This document shows positions 28,859-36,449 of a stretch of DNA of 64,000 nucleotides, in pieces. Source of the DNA: a virus (Duplodnaviria; Caudoviricetes); the IMG/VR virus record IMGVR_UViG_2551306162_000001, positions 1-64,000 of that record; one strand, written 5' to 3'. The notes under the pieces were generated by a model. That model had not been told where the DNA came from, searched no databases, and saw only the letters and a list, made by a program, of their open reading frames with translations. The number at the start of each line of letters is the position of its first letter. Position 1 is the stretch's first letter. A program made the position numbers and the translations under genes.

Positions 28859-30205
28859 CTACGCAGCCTCAAGCAATTCGTCATCGGGGTCGTCGCGGTT
28901 ACCCGGCAGCGAACCGAGTTTGATCCAGCGACGCCATTTCCGTTCTTCGGTGACGAGCAGGTAGCGGACGGCGTCGATACCGTGGTCGTTGAGTTTCACG
29001 ACCTGGTCCTTGCCCTCTTCGCTGGCCTTGTCGTCCCAGACGTAGCTCGGGATCTCCTTCAGCAGCTCCGGGCAGCGGTCGGTGAATTTGAGCCGCTTCG
29101 CCGAGATCAGCGCCACCATGGTCCGGATCCCGTACAGCACGTCCTTGTGCGCCTTCAGCGACGACACCCCGTCCTGCTTGAGCTGGACGCGGAAGTCGGC
29201 GGCCGCGGCGTCGACGACGGTGCGGTAGCGGGCGCGGGGTGGGTTGTCCGGGTCGTCGTCGGGGTGGTGCGGCCCGGCCATCCACGTCCGAACGCCTTGG
29301 GACAGTTCGACGTTCGACCAGCGGGCTTCTTCTTTGCCTGCCTTGTACCGCCATTCGTCCATGCAGTACAGGACGTCGTCGACACCGTGGCCGATCATGA
29401 CGGCGTGGGTCGGGTTGGTGGTGCCGTGGTCGATGCCGACGCCGAGGATCCACCGCATCTCCGGCAGGTCCTCCCAGCGGATGACGTGCTGGTCGCGGTC
29501 GTAGGTGTCGAACACAGCGCCCTCCGCGGCGACCCAGTCGCCCAGGATGAATCGTCGGTAGAAGACCCCGGTGAACTCGGCCTTCTTGCGGGCGATATAG
29601 GCCGGTTCGAGCTTCGGGTTGTCGTCCATCCAGAAGTGGAAGACCTTCAGGTCCATCTCCGGCTCGTCGGCGCGGTCGATGAACTTGGTCTTGAGGTAGT
29701 GCTCCGGGTTGTCGGGGTTGGTCGTGGCCAGCAGCCGCGCGCCAGGCACCGACAGGCGGCCTTGCAGCTGGGTCCAGAAGTTCTCCGGGATCAGCGTGGC
29801 TTCGTCGACCATGGCCAGGTAGGCGGTCAGGCCGCGGATCTTGGCTTCGGCGCCGACGTCGTTCGCGCCGACCAGGTGCACGACGCGGCCGAGGATGATC
29901 GCGGTGCTCGAGCCGCGGGTGTGGTGCACCGCGCGGGAGAACGCGCCGTAGATGGCTTCGTCCTTCATCGGCTCGACGATATTGCGTTCGATGGTCTGCA
30001 GCGTCCGGCCGACGATCAGGATCAAGCCGTTCGACGGGGCGCGGGCCACGGCGAGGAAGAACGCCACGATCGAGGCGATCGTCTTGCCAGAGCGGATCGC
30101 GCCGGTCCAGATGGCGGTGGACGCGGTCTCCGATTCGACGATCGACATGATCTGCTTGCGCGACATCGGCAGCGACGCGGGAATCGAGGCGGGCAGCTTC
30201 GTCAC
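28859..30205 (-). CDS. terL: Terminase large subunit (PBSX type)
   Basis: GAIRSGKT Walker A, MVDE Walker B, TTNPD, DHG and DHGIDAVRY. Confidence 0.95.
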   Translation of the reverse strand: MTKLPASIPASLPMSRKQIMSIVESETASTAIWTGAIRSGKTIASIVAFFLAVARAPSNGLILIVGRTLQTIERNIVEPMKDEAIYGAFSRAVHHTRGSSTAIILGRVVHLVGANDVGAEAKIRGLTAYLAMVDEATLIPENFWTQLQGRLSVPGARLLATTNPDNPEHYLKTKFIDRADEPEMDLKVFHFWMDDNPKLEPAYIARKKAEFTGVFYRRFILGDWVAAEGAVFDTYDRDQHVIRWEDLPEMRWILGVGIDHGTTNPTHAVMIGHGVDDVLYCMDEWRYKAGKEEARWSNVELSQGVRTWMAGPHHPDDDPDNPPRARYRTVVDAAAADFRVQLKQDGVSSLKAHKDVLYGIRTMVALISAKRLKFTDRCPELLKEIPSYVWDDKASEEGKDQVVKLNDHGIDAVRYLLVTEERKWRRWIKLGSLPGNRDDPDDELLEAA

Positions 30206-30699
30206 TCCGGCTCGCCCTCGTCTTCGCCCTCGGGTGCGGGTTCGGCGGCGTCCTCGGCTTCGTAGATGGCGTGCATGGTGTGCAGCGCCTCGACGAGCTG
30301 GGACACCATCGAGGTGGCGTCATCGCCGACGGTGGCCTTCGCCTCGGCGACCGCGCGGAGTTCGGCGGTCTTGTAGCTGCCGGTCAGCTTGGCGCGCTGG
30401 TCGATGATCGCCAGGGCGCGGTCGATCTTCCACGTGTCGCCGTGGGTGGCGTCATCCCAGATACCGGCCCACATCGCGTCGAGGCGGGACAGCTCGAGCG
30501 CGAGGTACTCCTCCGCGTTCTCGCGGGTGATCGCCGCGACGGCTTGGGTGATGTAGCGGCTCACGGTGGAGCTCGATACGCCGAACTCGGCGGCGATCTC
30601 GGATTGCGACTTGCCGGCGAGGCGCATCTGCAGTGCTCGGTCGCGTCGCTCTTGGGTCTCGACGAGCTTCTCGACGGGGACGGTCTTCTTTCGGGCCAT
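30202..30699 (-). CDS. terS: Terminase small subunit (HTH)
   Basis: HTH plus LELSRLD...RAKLTG; upstream of terL. Confidence 0.8.
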   Translation of the reverse strand: MARKKTVPVEKLVETQERRDRALQMRLAGKSQSEIAAEFGVSSSTVSRYITQAVAAITRENAEEYLALELSRLDAMWAGIWDDATHGDTWKIDRALAIIDQRAKLTGSYKTAELRAVAEAKATVGDDATSMVSQLVEALHTMHAIYEAEDAAEPAPEGEDEGEPE

Positions 30700-30748
30700 G
30701 ACTGGCGGGACCTCCAGGGCGCGGCGGGCTCCTGGCCGGACTCGCGTT

Positions 30749-30919
30749 CTAGGTGGTGGGGACGGCCGCCGCCTGGGCGAGCCGGGAAAGCGGCACCACT
30801 CGGGTGCCGGTTGTTGCGTTAACGGGTTGGATCAGTGCCAGCCCGTGGTGGGTGTTGAGCACCCGGTAGGTGCCGGGGATGTCGGTCCGGTAGACGAGGT
30901 CACCAGGGGCGATCTTCAT
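30749..30919 (-). CDS. Small hypothetical protein (56 aa, below ORF-track cutoff)
   Basis: MKIAPGDLVYRTDIPGTYRV...; ATGA overlap. Confidence 0.6.
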   Translation of the reverse strand: MKIAPGDLVYRTDIPGTYRVLNTHHGLALIQPVNATTGTRVVPLSRLAQAAAVPTT

Positions 30920-31149
30920 TTCCACACCTTCGGGAGACGCGCGTACGGGTCGACCCGCTCGGGGAGCAGGTTCAGCAGGTGCGCGGCCGTGATGAGGATG
31001 GCGGCGCGCACGAGCAGCGGATGCCGCTCCAGGCCGCGGTCGACGCCTTCGGAGAGCAGTTCGCCCTCGGGCGCGATGATTTCGAGTGCGGTGACGACGC
31101 CGGCCAGGGTGAGCCAGAGGTGCCCGGCGCGGATCTGGGAGCGCCGCAC
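30916..31149 (-). CDS. Small membrane protein
   Basis: Two hydrophobic segments, GELLSEG. Confidence 0.7.
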   Translation of the reverse strand: MRRSQIRAGHLWLTLAGVVTALEIIAPEGELLSEGVDRGLERHPLLVRAAILITAAHLLNLLPERVDPYARLPKVWK

Positions 31150-31152
31150 GGG

Positions 31153-31437
31153 CTATTCCTCTTCGTCGTGGATGACGATGTCGGGGAAGGTGAGGGCGGC
31201 GCGCCTCTGTTCGAGCATGCCGAGCTGTACGTGCGGTGGGACAGCGTCGTCGCGGGTGAACGTGCCCACCGCGGTCCAGATGTCGCCGTCCGCGTCGTAG
31301 CCGCGGCGTACCGCGATCACCATGTAGTCGGTGAGCAGTCCGGGCTCGTCGTCGCCGGGATCGTAGGCGCGCCAGACGGTGTCGATCGCGTCGGTCAGGG
31401 CGTCGTCGGCGGCCTGCTGTTCAGGGGTTCGTGGCAT
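31153..31437 (-). CDS. Hypothetical protein
   Basis: Coupled ORF. Confidence 0.7.
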   Translation of the reverse strand: MPRTPEQQAADDALTDAIDTVWRAYDPGDDEPGLLTDYMVIAVRRGYDADGDIWTAVGTFTRDDAVPPHVQLGMLEQRRAALTFPDIVIHDEEE

Positions 31438-31654
31438 CGGCGGCCCACCTCAGCTTGTCGGGCGAGTAGCCGGACCAGTGGATGTCACCGACCACGACCA
31501 CCGGGGTCTGCAGGTAGCCGAGTTCCCGGACAGCGGCGGCCGCGTCCGGGTCCTCGGTGACGTCGATCAGCGTGTACTCGGCCCCGAGCTGCTCCAGCTT
31601 CTTCTTCGTAGCGTTGCAGGGCTGGCAGTCGGGCTTGGTGTACACGGTGATCAA
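31421..31654 (-). CDS. nrdH: NrdH-like glutaredoxin
   Basis: VYTKPDCQPC...GYLQTPVV...WSGY. Confidence 0.92.
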   Translation of the reverse strand: MITVYTKPDCQPCNATKKKLEQLGAEYTLIDVTEDPDAAAAVRELGYLQTPVVVVGDIHWSGYSPDKLRWAADATNP

Positions 31655-31833
31655 GATTCGGTCAGTTCCTTATTCAGTTGGTCGATTTCGGCCTCGGCGG
31701 CGGCCTGTGCCTCGGCAAGCGCTCGCTGCGCCCGCGCAAGGCGTAGCTCCGCGTCCAGCAGGCTGAACTGCGCGCTCTGCAGCGCCAGGGCGGCCTCGGC
31801 CGCCTCACGTTCGGGCGCGTCGAAGTAGCTCAC
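31651..31833 (-). CDS. Hypothetical coiled-coil protein
   Basis: GGAG RBS, coupled. Confidence 0.6.
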   Translation of the reverse strand: MSYFDAPEREAAEAALALQSAQFSLLDAELRLARAQRALAEAQAAAEAEIDQLNKELTES

Positions 31834-31845
31834 GATGGCTCCAGC

Positions 31846-32523
31846 TCAGTAGATCTCGCGGTACCAGACGCCCCGCGCGTAGTTCGCGTACGACCAGGGG
31901 TTGAGGTCGTAGTTGCCGTGGACGCCGGTGTGCAGGTAGCCGTGCGGGCCCGCGTCCTCGTTGCACACCCAGTCGCCGGCGTTGCACACCGTCAAGACCG
32001 GGAAGTCGCCGAAGTCGGCGTCGGTGCCCGCGGCGCCAGCGAAGATCCCGATCAGCTCGGCGGGACCGGCGAGGGGGTTGCCGGCGAGGCCGTCGCCGCC
32101 GGGTCCAGCCGCGCGCTTGGGGTCGGAGACGAGGATCGCGGTGGCGTTGGGGACGTCCTTGTGCTGGGAGACCCAGACGTGGACGACCGCGGCGCCGCCG
32201 GAGTGGCCGAGGATCTTGATGTGGGAGCCGGGGCAGCGGCCGCGGTATTCCCAGAACAGCCGATTCAACTCGCGGACGCCGTCGTTGATGCTGATGCTGT
32301 TGTAGCCGACGGGCTGGTCCGAGGGGATGTACAGGGAGGGCTGGCCGAGGTTCGGCGGGAAGGTTTCCAGGTCGATCTGGAAGCCGCCGACGCCGAACGC
32401 GAACGTGTCCGGGCAGCCGCCGGGGCCGTCGGCGCTGGCCGCTGGTGCGGCGAGCAGGCTCGCGGTGATGGTGGACGCGGTCAGCGCGACAGCAGCGAGC
32501 AGCCGGGTGAGGGTGTGGATCAT
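31846..32523 (-). CDS. Secreted cutinase / PE-PPE-like serine hydrolase
   Basis: Signal peptide, GHSGG, DWVC and H. Confidence 0.8.
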   Translation of the reverse strand: MIHTLTRLLAAVALTASTITASLLAAPAASADGPGGCPDTFAFGVGGFQIDLETFPPNLGQPSLYIPSDQPVGYNSISINDGVRELNRLFWEYRGRCPGSHIKILGHSGGAAVVHVWVSQHKDVPNATAILVSDPKRAAGPGGDGLAGNPLAGPAELIGIFAGAAGTDADFGDFPVLTVCNAGDWVCNEDAGPHGYLHTGVHGNYDLNPWSYANYARGVWYREIY

Positions 32524-32836
32524 GGGGGCCTCCTGGCCTGGTGAAGCTGGGCCCGCCGGACTCCTAGGTAGCGGGAATGGTCCGGCGGGCGGGCCGCGGC
32601 GCGCTGTGCGCTGGCTCGCGGCCCCGCCACCTAGAGGCCCTGCGGCGCGCGCGGCGTGAGATCAGCGCGGCGGCCCCGAGTGCGGGAATGGGGCACGAGG
32701 GTGGTGGCGAAATCTGGGGTACTCGAGTACGGTCGTGGTAGACGCCCCCGCGAACGTTCACGTTGGCCGCCTCTTCGCTGAATGCGGTCTTGCCTCTGCC
32801 CCTCCGGGTTACGCGAGCGGGGGCTTCGCCATACCC

Positions 32837-33184
32837 TCAGGCGGCCGTGTCGAACGGCGAGCCGAAATCCTGTACACGCTGCGGGAATAGGTCTGCGGAC
32901 CAGTCAGCGGTCAAGTGCAGCTTCTCCCGGCCGTTGACAACCGTCGGCATCTCGACCGAGAACCCGGCCAGCGCAGCAGACCATCGAGTGCCCGACTGGT
33001 CCATCGTCAGGTACATGCGGAAGTCGCTCTTGGTGCGGCCGTGGTCGATGATCGCTCGCGCGGGCGCCGAGCCGACAGGCATGGTCACGAACGACTCGCC
33101 GTCGGCGAAGGTGTGTACGAGGTTGAAGTCCTTGTCCCACAGCTTGACTTGGCGGCCGTCGCACGCAGTCAAGGCATCACACAT
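32837..33184 (-). CDS. Stand-alone paralog of the minor tail N-terminal domain
   Basis: Visible similarity to the N-terminus of 9270..10952. Confidence 0.6.
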   Translation of the reverse strand: MCDALTACDGRQVKLWDKDFNLVHTFADGESFVTMPVGSAPARAIIDHGRTKSDFRMYLTMDQSGTRWSAALAGFSVEMPTVVNGREKLHLTADWSADLFPQRVQDFGSPFDTAA

Positions 33185-33434
33185 CGTCGTCCTCCAGCCG
33201 GGTTTTGCGGCTGACCTTCACGAGGCGGGCGAAGACGGTGAGTGTGACCTGCACGGCTTGGTTGGCGCCGATCGTCATCTCGTGGACGGTGACAGGGGCT
33301 TCGCGCGGCACCAGGACGGGTTTCCCGTTGATGCGGACTTCGCGGGGGACGATGATACCTGCGGCGCCGGACCGGTCGTCGCTGTCGGTGTACTCGATGA
33401 CTTCGATGTCGCAGCAATCGGGGATGTCGGCCAT
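33177..33434 (-). CDS. Hypothetical protein
   Basis: IIVPREVRING; GGAG RBS. Confidence 0.7.
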   Translation of the reverse strand: MADIPDCCDIEVIEYTDSDDRSGAAGIIVPREVRINGKPVLVPREAPVTVHEMTIGANQAVQVTLTVFARLVKVSRKTRLEDDDV

Positions 33435-33463
33435 TCGGGTCTCCTGGTCTGTACGATCGCCGC

Positions 33464-33859
33464 GTGAAGAAGGGCTCCGATGCCGACTGGCTGCGGCGAC
33501 TGGGGGAAATCGTTGTTGCGCACCGAGAATCGCTTGGAATCTCAAACCGTCACGAGTTCGCGCACCTGACCGGCCTTTCCTACCGGCTTCTCGGCGACCT
33601 TGAGCGCGGCCGCCGCGCGCTTCATCCGGCCACCTACGCGGTCCTTGAGAACGCGTTGGACTGGACTCCGGGCAGCGTGGACCGGATCGCGGATGGCAAG
33701 GACCCGGTTCGGCTTGTCCGGGTAGAAGCGCATGGTGACGAGGTGACCGTGATGTTGCAGTCGGTTCCTGACGAGGTGTTGATGGCTGAGCTAGGTCGTC
33801 GTTTGGCCGTGCGGCGGCAGATCGGGCTCCACGGTCGCGACGTCGAGTTCACCGGGTAG
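33464..33859 (+). CDS. XRE-family HTH regulator (repressor-like)
   Basis: RLGE.V..HRESLG...LERG...LENALDWTPGS; TACGAT ends 6 nt before the GTG (leaderless). Confidence 0.8.
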   Translation: MKKGSDADWLRRLGEIVVAHRESLGISNRHEFAHLTGLSYRLLGDLERGRRALHPATYAVLENALDWTPGSVDRIADGKDPVRLVRVEAHGDEVTVMLQSVPDEVLMAELGRRLAVRRQIGLHGRDVEFTG

Positions 33860-34033
33860 GTAGCGCCGACAGCCGCAGTCCGGGCCGCCTTTCGGGCACG
33901 CGCGGTCCAGCACCTCGGCGGGATCCTCGTATTCGTCTGCCCAGCGCAGCAGCGCGCGCTTCTCGCGGGTGCGCTGCGTTTGCTTGTCCGGCTGGTCGCC
34001 GCAGCCCTCGACGCAGCCGAAGCACTTGTGCAT
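33791..34033 (-). CDS. Hypothetical Cys-rich protein
   Basis: MHKCFGC... Confidence 0.45.
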   Translation of the reverse strand: MHKCFGCVEGCGDQPDKQTQRTREKRALLRWADEYEDPAEVLDRACPKGGPDCGCRRYLPGELDVATVEPDLPPHGQTTT

Positions 34034-34101
34034 GTGCCCAGTGCCGCGGCCGTACACGAGCGGACGAGCGCCAGTCGCGCCGAGCATCCGAGCCACCGCG
34101 G

Positions 34102-34311
34102 CTAGACGCTGTGGGCGTCGTAGGCGAGCAGGACGTCCGGGTGCAGCGGATCGAGCACTCGGTCGATCTCGGAAACGAACCCGTCGACGTGGTCGGAATC
34201 CTCCAGACCGAAGTGGATGCCGATCGCCTCCGCGACGCACCGCACCGTTACTCCAGGTGCTTCTTCACGGTTCCAGATGTTCTCCACCAAGGTCCTTCCG
34301 GGGTCTCGCAT
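34102..34311 (-). CDS. Hypothetical protein
   Basis: Short ORF. Confidence 0.45.
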   Translation of the reverse strand: MRDPGRTLVENIWNREEAPGVTVRCVAEAIGIHFGLEDSDHVDGFVSEIDRVLDPLHPDVLLAYDAHSV

Positions 34312-34496
34312 GCGGCGTCATGACACCTGCACGGCAAACCGTCGAGGATGCATGGGACATTGATGTCCGCATCATCCGGGTAGCCGTGCTCGTCGCGCCA
34401 GGCCGCGGTCGCGCGCTTCTCGCGTCGACGGACGGCACTGTGCGTCGGCGGGCGGCAGCAGCCAGCCGAGCAGTTCGGGTGAACCATCATCGCCAC
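34248..34496 (-). CDS. Hypothetical Cys-rich protein
   Basis: Short ORF. Confidence 0.4.
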   Translation of the reverse strand: MAMMVHPNCSAGCCRPPTHSAVRRREKRATAAWRDEHGYPDDADINVPCILDGLPCRCHDAACETPEGPWWRTSGTVKKHLE

Positions 34497-34591
34497 GGAG
34501 CACCGCCAGATACATCTGAAAAAGAAACCCGCAGCTCAGTGGCCGAATCCGGCCGACCGGCGGATTACATCTGAAAAAGGGACCGCGCCGG

Positions 34592-34906
34592 CTACAGGCG
34601 CCCCCCGCGCGTCTTCGTCGTCAGGTGCCATGCCATGCAACGGCACTGGTACACCCTTCGCGCTGGGTTACCGCCGCCCGGCGGAATCTTCCACGTGCGG
34701 CCCTTGGCCTGCATCGCGGCCTCCCGCGTCGGGAAGGACCGCTTCTCAGGATGAGGGCACAAGTCGCGGTTCTGCTCGCGGGCATGGTTCGCGGCCTTCT
34801 CTTCGGTCTTGCCACGGGTGTGTCCCGTCCACGACTTGCCGCACGAGCAGGTCACGATGTAGTCATGCTGTCCGCGCTTCTCCAGCGTGTACGTGTGCGG
34901 CTCCAC
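34592..34906 (-). CDS. Zn-finger-like hypothetical protein
   Basis: CSCG...CPHPEK...YQCRC..WHLT; paralog of 50403..50732. Confidence 0.7.
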   Translation of the reverse strand: MEPHTYTLEKRGQHDYIVTCSCGKSWTGHTRGKTEEKAANHAREQNRDLCPHPEKRSFPTREAAMQAKGRTWKIPPGGGNPARRVYQCRCMAWHLTTKTRGGRL

Positions 34907-35033
34907 GCGGCCAGGATACCTAGGTGGGGAGCTGTATCGTGGTCCCCGTCTTCCACAGACCGGGCCTACCTACGGGCAAGGCGTCCCGGCTCTTTCATGA
35001 CCGACCGGCTTCTACAGTCGTCCCGCCATATTG

Positions 35034-35113
35034 TCCGGCCGGATGGAGTCGAACCACCAATGCCCGAAGACAGCTGATTTACAGTCAGCCTGCACCACCA
35101 GGTGCACGACCGG
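35034..35113 (-). tRNA. tRNA-Tyr(GTA), C1:G72, atypical D-arm
   Basis: GCTGA-CTGTAAA-TCAGC, variable arm, T-arm, A73. Confidence 0.85.
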
Positions 35114-35114
35114 T

Positions 35115-35155
35115 TGGGGTGACCGGTGGGCCTCGACCACTTCGGCTTCGGCCAC
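35115..35155 (-). pseudogene. tRNA-His remnant lacking the anticodon arm and T-loop
   Basis: GTGGCCG/CGGTCAC-C-CCA acceptor stem plus D-arm only. Confidence 0.7.
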
Positions 35156-35157
35156 AG

Positions 35158-35230
35158 TCGATCCAGGAGGAGTCGAACCTCCGACACACGCCGTATCAGG
35201 GCGCTGCTCTAACCACTGAGCTACAGACCG
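35158..35230 (-). tRNA. tRNA-Ile(GAT)
   Basis: Cloverleaf, CT-GAT-AC loop. Confidence 0.88.
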
Positions 35231-35273
35231 TGGGATAGCCCGGCTGCCCTTGCGGGGAGGTCGGGCCATTGCG

Positions 35274-35346
35274 GGCCTCCGCCAGGCTTCGAACCCGGAA
35301 CCTGCCGATTACGAAACGGCTGCTCTGCCAGTTGAGCTACGGAGGC
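35274..35346 (-). tRNA. tRNA-Thr(CGT)
   Basis: Cloverleaf, TT-CGT-AA loop. Confidence 0.9.
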
Positions 35347-35351
35347 GTATG

Positions 35352-35426
35352 TCTGCCCGGCGCGACTCGAACGCGCGATTTCCTGCACCCAAGGCAGGCG
35401 GGATGGCCAAACTTCCCTACGGGCGG
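35352..35426 (-). tRNA. tRNA-Pro(TGG)
   Basis: Cloverleaf, CT-TGG-GT loop. Confidence 0.9.
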
Positions 35427-35432
35427 ATGTTG

Positions 35433-35506
35433 ATGCGGTGGCGGGATTCGAACCCGCGACTCTGGCTTATGAGACCAGCGAGGTAACCGAGCTGCTCCAC
35501 ACCGCA
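35433..35506 (-). tRNA. tRNA-Met(CAT), initiator-like body
   Basis: GTGGAGCAGCTCGGT...CTCATAA resembles actinobacterial fMet. Confidence 0.88.
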
Positions 35507-35511
35507 ATGTA

Positions 35512-35685
35512 TTCGCCGCGAGGTCCTGTTACCGCTGCCGCAGGTTCCGCGAATTCTCCCGGTCGCTACTCGGGAGCCGTATTGCGCGGTCCCCGCAGCC
35601 TCGCCGTCCGGCGAGTAATCTGCGGGGCCACTTCCGACCACATCCGCGAACGGGTCGGCTACAGATTCAACGATACGGCCGCGGT
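35512..35685 (-). ncRNA. Candidate structured ncRNA
   Basis: Nested stems GCCGTAT/ATACGGC, CCGACC/GGTCGG, CCCCGCAG/CTGCGGGG, CTCCCG/CGGGAG. Confidence 0.45.
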
Positions 35686-35694
35686 CAAACCGTT

Positions 35695-35940
35695 TCAGGA
35701 GAGTCCGATCGGGTCGCCGAGCACTGCGCCGTCCGTGTGCCGAAGCGGCCAGAATGTCTGTGGGTTGCCGTGCTCGTCCATGAACAGGATCCACTTGGTC
35801 CCGTCGCCGCGGATGCCTTCGATCCAGCCGGTGTGGGCCTGGAACTGCTCGCGGGACACCTCGTTGCCGGCGGCGTCGCAGTGGATGCGGGTGGCGATGG
35901 CCTCGGCGGGCTTGTAGCGGCCGATGGTGATGTTATGCAT
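35695..35940 (-). CDS. Hypothetical protein
   Basis: GGAG RBS; GWIEG...WILFMD. Confidence 0.7.
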   Translation of the reverse strand: MHNITIGRYKPAEAIATRIHCDAAGNEVSREQFQAHTGWIEGIRGDGTKWILFMDEHGNPQTFWPLRHTDGAVLGDPIGLS

Positions 35941-35989
35941 GGATGCTCCGGTGTGTTGTGCTGGAACATCCATCCAGCGAGGGTGTGGG

Positions 35990-36214
35990 TCAGACGCGCG
36001 GCGGCCAGTTCCAGTGGCCCGGCGTGGGGGTTTCCGCGAACGGGACGCGTTCCTTGTGGCTGGTGCCGTTGCGGTAGATGACGAACAGGTCCACGGTGTC
36101 GTCGCCGTAGACGTGGGTGACCTTCGCCGCGACCGGCTCGGGCAGGTGTTCGCCGCCGGGCGTGCCGAACGTCTGATAGTGGACGTCGCGGCTGATGGAC
36201 GGTTTCTGGCTCAT
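35990..36214 (-). CDS. Hypothetical protein
   Basis: PSISRDVHY...AAKVT...WNWPPRV phage-type small protein. Confidence 0.75.
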   Translation of the reverse strand: MSQKPSISRDVHYQTFGTPGGEHLPEPVAAKVTHVYGDDTVDLFVIYRNGTSHKERVPFAETPTPGHWNWPPRV

Positions 36215-36215
36215 G

Positions 36216-36289
36216 TGCCCCCCGAGAGATTCGAACTCCCAACATCCTGATCCTAAGTCAGGCGCCTCTGCCAGTTGGGCCAGAGGGGC
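36216..36289 (-). tRNA. tRNA-Leu(TAG), short variable loop
   Basis: Cloverleaf, CT-TAG-GA loop. Confidence 0.9.
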
Positions 36290-36376
36290 GGGCCCGGCCG
36301 AGTTTCGCTTCATTGAGAGGCGTAGCCGGGGTGCTACTACCCGGAGAAGCGTGTACACGTTCCGAGGTTCGCTTTG

Positions 36377-36448
36377 CCAGGACGGGGAGAATCGAACTCC
36401 CGACACGCGGGTTTGGAATCCGCTGCTCTGCCACTGAGCTACATCCCA
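36377..36448 (-). tRNA. tRNA-Trp(CCA)
   Basis: Cloverleaf, TT-CCA-AA loop. Confidence 0.88.
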
Positions 36449-36449
36449 A

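Noticed and set aside
36290-36376. Hammerhead ribozyme (GAAAC present)
   Set aside because: No CTGANGA core in the right position on either strand
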